A stretch of 64,000 nt of DNA from Opitutales bacterium (lineage in GTDB: Bacteria; Verrucomicrobiota; Verrucomicrobiia; Opitutales; UBA953): the NCBI GenBank assembly GCA_040398005.1, contig JBBAUX010000005.1:22554-86553 (forward strand), in the 5' to 3' direction. The notes beneath the pieces are model-generated. The model saw nothing but the letters and a program-made list of their open reading frames with translations, was not told the DNA's origin and searched no databases. Position numbers and translations under genes: made by a program. This document shows positions 59,417-64,000 of this stretch, piece after piece (the first letter of the stretch is position 1; the number at the start of each line of letters is the position of its first letter).

Positions 59417-60940
59417 TTAGAATTTAGTAGGAATTTTGAATCCGGCACGGCCTTCACGTTTCGCCACGAGGTCGCGGTTGGCGGCTTCGGAGTTGGCGCC
59501 CGTGAAGAGTTCTGTTTTGGGATCTTGGGAGAGTGGAGTGCCTAGGGTTAAACTAGCTGGATCAACCTTAACGCCATTAATACCCAAGTAATCTTTCATG
59601 CGGTTGTAGGCTTCGGAAAGACCGGAGCTTGATTTAATCGCCTCAGTAATTTCGCCGCTATTTTTCTTCGCACCGAGACGGTACGAAATATTCGCCGCGT
59701 GAACGAGGTTCGTCGAAATATGGCACTCGTGTAAGGGCGCATGGATGTCGGAATTAGATCCCGCACGAATACATTCAAACCAGTTAGCATGGTGACCGGA
59801 CGCACCGCCTGACATGTCTACTTGGCTGGCTTCTTTACCGTACGATTTAATCACGGCACCTGAAGTATCATATGCTTTAGCGGAGTGGTAGTCGGGAACG
59901 ATAATGGTCGCGTTTTCGCATTCAATGACGATGCCGATGCTCGCTTTACTGAATTTATGGATCTTATCCATGGGGCCATCCATCGTTCCGTCCGAGGTGA
60001 GTCCGCGAACTTCTGCAATGAGAGGTGCTGCTGCATAATTATAAATAGCGAGGAAGTTATTCGGTGTTTCACCGCAGTCACTGTAGGATAGGCGACCACC
60101 GATGGACATCACTTCTGGAGCGACTTCATGGGTGTTGAGGAACCAGCGTGCGATATCGATTTCATGGATGGCTTGGTTGCACATATCGCCACCACCGTAG
60201 TTCCAGAACCAATGCCAGTCATAGTGAACTGACCCCATGCTTTTTGTTTCTTTAAGGGGATCGGTTTGATTTCCGCGAATGGATTCTTGAATGTCGGCTG
60301 GTCCGTTCCACAAATCATAATCAATATTGCTTGGTAATTGGTTCTTTTTAGCGGGCCCGATTGATTTACGACGTTTGTAACAAATTCCACGAGCCACTTT
60401 TACTTTTCCGTACACGCCAGCATGAACATCTTTGACTGCGGCACGAATACCCACACCTGATCGGCTCTGGGTACCTGCCTGAATGACTAATTTATTAAAA
60501 TAATTTCCGGCAGCTACGAGTTGTTGACCCTCAAAAATATTATGGGAAAGAGGTTTTTCCATGTAGAGGTGTTTGCCGGCTTGCAGTGTCCAGATTCCTT
60601 GAATCGCGTGTTGATGATTCGGGGTAGCGTTGGAGACGGCATCGATATTTTTATCTTCCAGCATCTTACGAATATCGGTGTAACCTACGGCACCAGGACA
60701 TTCTAAGAGACCTTTAGCGAGAACGTCTGAATCAACATCGCATAATGCGACAATGCGTACGCCTGGAACTTTTTTAATTTCCTTAATGTGTTCTAGGCCG
60801 CGACTGCGAAAGCCGACCACGGCGACACGAATGTCTCCATTGGCACCAGCAGACTGGGCGAAGCTACGTGCGCTTAATCCCACTGCGGTAGCAGCGAAGG
60901 CAGTGCTCTTGATAAATGAACGACGATCGAGGGGTAACAT
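59417..60940 (-). CDS. Tat-exported Gfo/Idh/MocA oxidoreductase
   Basis: Twin-arginine signal DRRSFIK; ATPNHQH, YMEKP, GTQSRS, DYDLWNGPA, WHWFW.YGGG, H..D. Confidence 0.93.
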   Translation of the reverse strand: MLPLDRRSFIKSTAFAATAVGLSARSFAQSAGANGDIRVAVVGFRSRGLEHIKEIKKVPGVRIVALCDVDSDVLAKGLLECPGAVGYTDIRKMLEDKNIDAVSNATPNHQHAIQGIWTLQAGKHLYMEKPLSHNIFEGQQLVAAGNYFNKLVIQAGTQSRSGVGIRAAVKDVHAGVYGKVKVARGICYKRRKSIGPAKKNQLPSNIDYDLWNGPADIQESIRGNQTDPLKETKSMGSVHYDWHWFWNYGGGDMCNQAIHEIDIARWFLNTHEVAPEVMSIGGRLSYSDCGETPNNFLAIYNYAAAPLIAEVRGLTSDGTMDGPMDKIHKFSKASIGIVIECENATIIVPDYHSAKAYDTSGAVIKSYGKEASQVDMSGGASGHHANWFECIRAGSNSDIHAPLHECHISTNLVHAANISYRLGAKKNSGEITEAIKSSSGLSEAYNRMKDYLGINGVKVDPASLTLGTPLSQDPKTELFTGANSEAANRDLVAKREGRAGFKIPTKF

Positions 60941-61038
60941 AAAATAGGGGTAGATTGAAGGATACTGAGATTGTAAAACAGTCGAGAAAGTTCCCTTTAA
61001 AGTGAATAAAAACTTTAAACCCTACCCAGTTTTATCAC

Positions 61039-61491
61039 TTAACTTTTATGGGATAAGCCCTTGAGCCAAGTGGTCCAGCCCGCGGGTAGACTTCGCGCAA
61101 GTGCCCCTCTAATAATTGTATCTAAATAGGCTTTGGCGGGAAGGTGAGGGCCGGTGGGATCAATCACCTTAAAGGCATCGCACTCAAAGGGGCAGTCTTC
61201 GACGCCAGCTTCCCAGACGTTGATGGTTGTGCGGCGATAGCCTGGACCCTCGGCTGTGGATAATCTTACCCAGTCATCTGCGGTGAGTTCATAGATGCAT
61301 CCCCACACGCCGGGTGAAAGTTCGTCATCGATGATATCGGCTGACCCGCCTCCCCAAGTGGTGCTCGGGTGAGTGAAGGCTAGACGATGTTTAGGGAGAA
61401 ATGCTTTACAACGATACTGCTGTCCTGGGCAGCGACGCTCCATTTGACTGCTATCGAGATTTGAACCGTAGGCGAAGTAGTACCGACTCAT
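61039..61491 (-). CDS. Gamma-glutamylcyclotransferase family protein
   Basis: YFAYGSNL, VWG..Y.L, EG..Y.R, P...YL..I..GA. Confidence 0.88.
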   Translation of the reverse strand: MSRYYFAYGSNLDSSQMERRCPGQQYRCKAFLPKHRLAFTHPSTTWGGGSADIIDDELSPGVWGCIYELTADDWVRLSTAEGPGYRRTTINVWEAGVEDCPFECDAFKVIDPTGPHLPAKAYLDTIIRGALARSLPAGWTTWLKGLSHKS

Positions 61492-61505
61492 AATTAAGGA
61501 GGGTC

Positions 61506-61535
61506 ATACTAGTTTGCAATCCACCGCCTTGGCAA
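61506..61535 (-). promoter_or_regulatory. Putative sigma70-type promoter of the GGCT gene
   Basis: Minus strand TTGCCA(61535)-18 bp-TAGTAT(61511). Confidence 0.5.
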
Positions 61536-61544
61536 GGAAGGGAA

Positions 61545-63422
61545 CTAAAATTTTACCGAATATGAGAGATAGAACGAGCGGGGTTGGGCGGGGAAGCCCA
61601 TGCTGGCAGGTGGGGCTGTTTCATTAAACAGATTTTCAACATGTAATGATAATTCCTGACCAGTTTTATAATGATACACCAGCCAGGTGCGCCAATAGGT
61701 TCCGTTAGGGGCTTTCACGACCAGATAGCTGACGGGGTCATAATCAATTCTATTAGCAATATGATTCACCGATAGACCATAAGTCCATGCTGCGGCTGGA
61801 TTTACTTCAGCGCCTAAAGTGAAAATGAGATCGGGCCGGCGGATTAAACTGTCCTGCGTGGAAAAATCTTCGGTCTTTAAAAACGTGGCGTTACCAAACA
61901 GTTTAAGTGTACTCGTGATTTGTGACTGTATTCCGAATTCCACCCCGCGCGTCTTAGCCTCACTAATATTATAAGCAGGGTAGGGTGGATTGAAATCGAA
62001 AGCAATGAGGTCGGTGAGATTATTTTCAAAAGCCACCAAGGTCCAACTCAGGTCTTTGCCATTTTCATAACGTAATCCGATTTCTTTGCCGTAATTAGTT
62101 TCGGCTCGTAGGGGAACGTTTCCGACCGTTCCACCCGCTAAATCATTGGCAGTGGGAGTGTGATAGGCAGTAGCGATTTTGGCATGCGCGCTGATTTCTT
62201 TGGTTAAGTGGTGTCGGTATTGAATATCCCAAGAGAAATGATTTTGAAAATCGGAAAAGGTATCTTGTCGGAGGGTGATTTTGAGTTGATCCGTGGGGGT
62301 GATTTTCCAATCCGCCCGCGTCCAGAGTCCGACGGACTCCATCGTATCCTGCCAAACTTTGGGTGTGCTTTCACTTTGGTCATAGTGATTACTTTCATAA
62401 CTTACACCGAGGCCTAAGTTAAGTTGAGCATTAATTTTTTGGTCTACATAAGCGGTCAGTTCATCGCGCTTAATTTTATAACTATAGTCCGTCAAAAAGA
62501 AGTAGCTGCTGGTTGACGTCTCGTTGTGTGACCAAAACACGGCGGCTTGGGTGGCATCGTCTTGGAAGAAAAAACCAGGAGATAGAAGCCAGCCGTGATC
62601 ATTTTGCCAATCGTTGGGAGTGGGGAAGACGTCGGTACCGGATAGCCGTGCGCGACTGGTGTCTGCGGAGCCCAAAATATCAAAACTTATTTTATCCGAA
62701 ATTTTCCAGACTGATTTAAATAATAAATTTGAAGCGTTGCGAGAGCTATTATCTCTCCATCCATCATTCTGCGAGGTGGTGAATGTTACCGTATTGCCTT
62801 GGGTAGCTGGCTCGCTGCCTTGAGTATTATTATTAGTGGCGGAGATGCTCAGTGACGTATAACCATAGGATCCGATTTCAAAAGTAGAACGAATACTACT
62901 GGCTTCGGATAAAGGATTGGGTAGTCGGCAATCAATCACTCCGCCTAGGGCATTAGCTCCGTAGAGTGACGATGAGGGGCCGCGCAAAATTTCGACCGAG
63001 GAAAGTCCATAGGTTCGAAAACGGTAGATTTCATAATTTCCAGAAAATCCTTCCGAGAGTCGTCGCCCATCCAATAAGAAAGCGGTGTGCGAGGAATTGG
63101 TTCCGCGGAAAAATACGGAAGTAGATGAGCCAATGCCGGCTTGTTCGCTCGCATAAACGCCAGGGGTAGCCGAAAGGATACTGGAAAGGGTACCGTAATT
63201 CGAAAGTGAACTTTCTTGTGGATTGATTTTTGAGACCGAGGGTGAGGCTTCGCTCAATAATGTGGGTCTGCGGGTTTCAATGACAATAGTTTCGGGTAAT
63301 TCCACTACCTCCTGTTTGGTTTCATAGAGTTCAATCTTCAACTCAGCCGGGGGTGGGTTGGCCTGTGCTAATGGGCTAGTCTGAGCTAATACAAGGGCGA
63401 GAAACGTAATCATACCTTTCAC
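61545..63422 (-). CDS. TonB-dependent outer-membrane receptor (BtuB-like size and plug); start may be ATG 63413
   Basis: TonB-box-like ETIVI; plug motifs PGV, FRG.NS.HT..LLDG, VEILRGPSSSLYGANALGGVI; V.NLFN; C-terminal Phe. Confidence 0.9.
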   Translation of the reverse strand: MKGMITFLALVLAQTSPLAQANPPPAELKIELYETKQEVVELPETIVIETRRPTLLSEASPSVSKINPQESSLSNYGTLSSILSATPGVYASEQAGIGSSTSVFFRGTNSSHTAFLLDGRRLSEGFSGNYEIYRFRTYGLSSVEILRGPSSSLYGANALGGVIDCRLPNPLSEASSIRSTFEIGSYGYTSLSISATNNNTQGSEPATQGNTVTFTTSQNDGWRDNSSRNASNLLFKSVWKISDKISFDILGSADTSRARLSGTDVFPTPNDWQNDHGWLLSPGFFFQDDATQAAVFWSHNETSTSSYFFLTDYSYKIKRDELTAYVDQKINAQLNLGLGVSYESNHYDQSESTPKVWQDTMESVGLWTRADWKITPTDQLKITLRQDTFSDFQNHFSWDIQYRHHLTKEISAHAKIATAYHTPTANDLAGGTVGNVPLRAETNYGKEIGLRYENGKDLSWTLVAFENNLTDLIAFDFNPPYPAYNISEAKTRGVEFGIQSQITSTLKLFGNATFLKTEDFSTQDSLIRRPDLIFTLGAEVNPAAAWTYGLSVNHIANRIDYDPVSYLVVKAPNGTYWRTWLVYHYKTGQELSLHVENLFNETAPPASMGFPAQPRSFYLSYSVKF

Positions 63423-63492
63423 AAGGGCGGATTTTTATTTTCGTCAAACTGAAAGTGCTGGCTGAAATGGGATAATCTGTCATAAGGACTCA

Positions 63493-63951
63493 ATGACAGC
63501 TAAGACTGAGAAACATCCTGATGACGGATCCGTAAGGCAATTTTCAGTCTTCGTTGAAAATAAAGTAGGTCGCCTCAATGAGTTGGTAGAGTCATTCGGC
63601 AAAGCGGACATTCATATCATGGCGCTATGTTTAGTCGACACCACGGACTCGACCATCATCAGAATCATTGTCGATTATCCGGAAAAAGCGGAAGAGGTTT
63701 TAATTGAACACCGCTTTGCTTATGAAACTGTTCCCGTTGTCGCGATCGAATTACAGTCCGAGTCACAATTAAAAGATGTAACCCGTTTTTTACTCGGTGC
63801 TGAAATTAATATTTATTACGTCTACCCATTTTTATTCCGACCCAACGGACGCTACGGTCTAGTTCTGCGCACCGAAGCTCAAGACTTAGCAGCCTCAGTC
63901 TTACAAACGCACGGCATCCAGGTGATTGGTCGCGGTGATGTCGCGAGATAG
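63493..63951 (+). CDS. Tandem ACT-domain protein
   Basis: QFSVFVENKVGRL, HI.A....DT.D..I.R.IVD and INI.Y.Y patterns. Confidence 0.85.
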   Translation: MTAKTEKHPDDGSVRQFSVFVENKVGRLNELVESFGKADIHIMALCLVDTTDSTIIRIIVDYPEKAEEVLIEHRFAYETVPVVAIELQSESQLKDVTRFLLGAEINIYYVYPFLFRPNGRYGLVLRTEAQDLAASVLQTHGIQVIGRGDVAR

Positions 63952-63960
63952 TAAGATTAG

Positions 63961-64000
63961 GGGACAAGTGGGCACGGTGACACGGTGACAAGGGGAGATG
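63961..64000. repeat. Degenerate 8-bp tandem repeat, truncated by the window end
   Basis: GGGACAAG TGGGCACG GTGACACG GTGACAAG GGGAGATG. Confidence 0.6.

Noticed and set aside
737..63991. Numerous 60-185 aa ORFs overlapping recognised genes (e.g. 1206-1721, 18478-19035, 40707-41156, 49797-50225)
   Set aside because: Antisense or off-frame shadows of well-supported CDSs, with no family signal

Overview
A densely packed, mostly housekeeping chromosomal segment with about 52 CDS, very short intergenic gaps and many overlapping start/stop codons. Protein styles (DUF1080 plus a Tat-exported Gfo/Idh/MocA enzyme, GYF_2 protein, N-terminally extended RuvC/PpdK/IlvB, SecA with a non-zinc C-terminus) suggest a streamlined Verrucomicrobiota (Opitutae-like) genome; this is inference from family recognition, not a database search. 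Content: tolB (truncated at the window edge), a sugar ABC transporter, rpoN, apaG/beta-CASP nuclease/amidase, ruvC, tkt, hisI, an RRM protein, phhB-udg, argA, xerD, nuoJKLMN, thyA-folA, lysS-lolC/E-lolD, a nitroreductase, DUF502-recO-nuclease/DinG, a SOUL protein, pyrD, secA-lnt, trxB, ilvB, thiD, ppdK, purL, photolyase, an M42 peptidase, Gfo-DUF1080, GGCT, a TonB receptor and an ACT protein. I found no rRNA, tRNA, CRISPR array, IS element or prophage. Most notable: (1) an 869-aa alpha/beta-hydrolase-DedA-ATP-grasp fusion in which both enzyme domains appear to have lost catalytic residues; (2) loss of cysteine metal ligands in UDG, the DinG-like helicase, RecO and SecA; (3) a recurring TTG-type -35 box 34-37 nt before start codons, implying widespread leaderless mRNAs; (4) a structured long leader upstream of the RRM/RGG gene; (5) a degenerate octamer repeat at the right edge.
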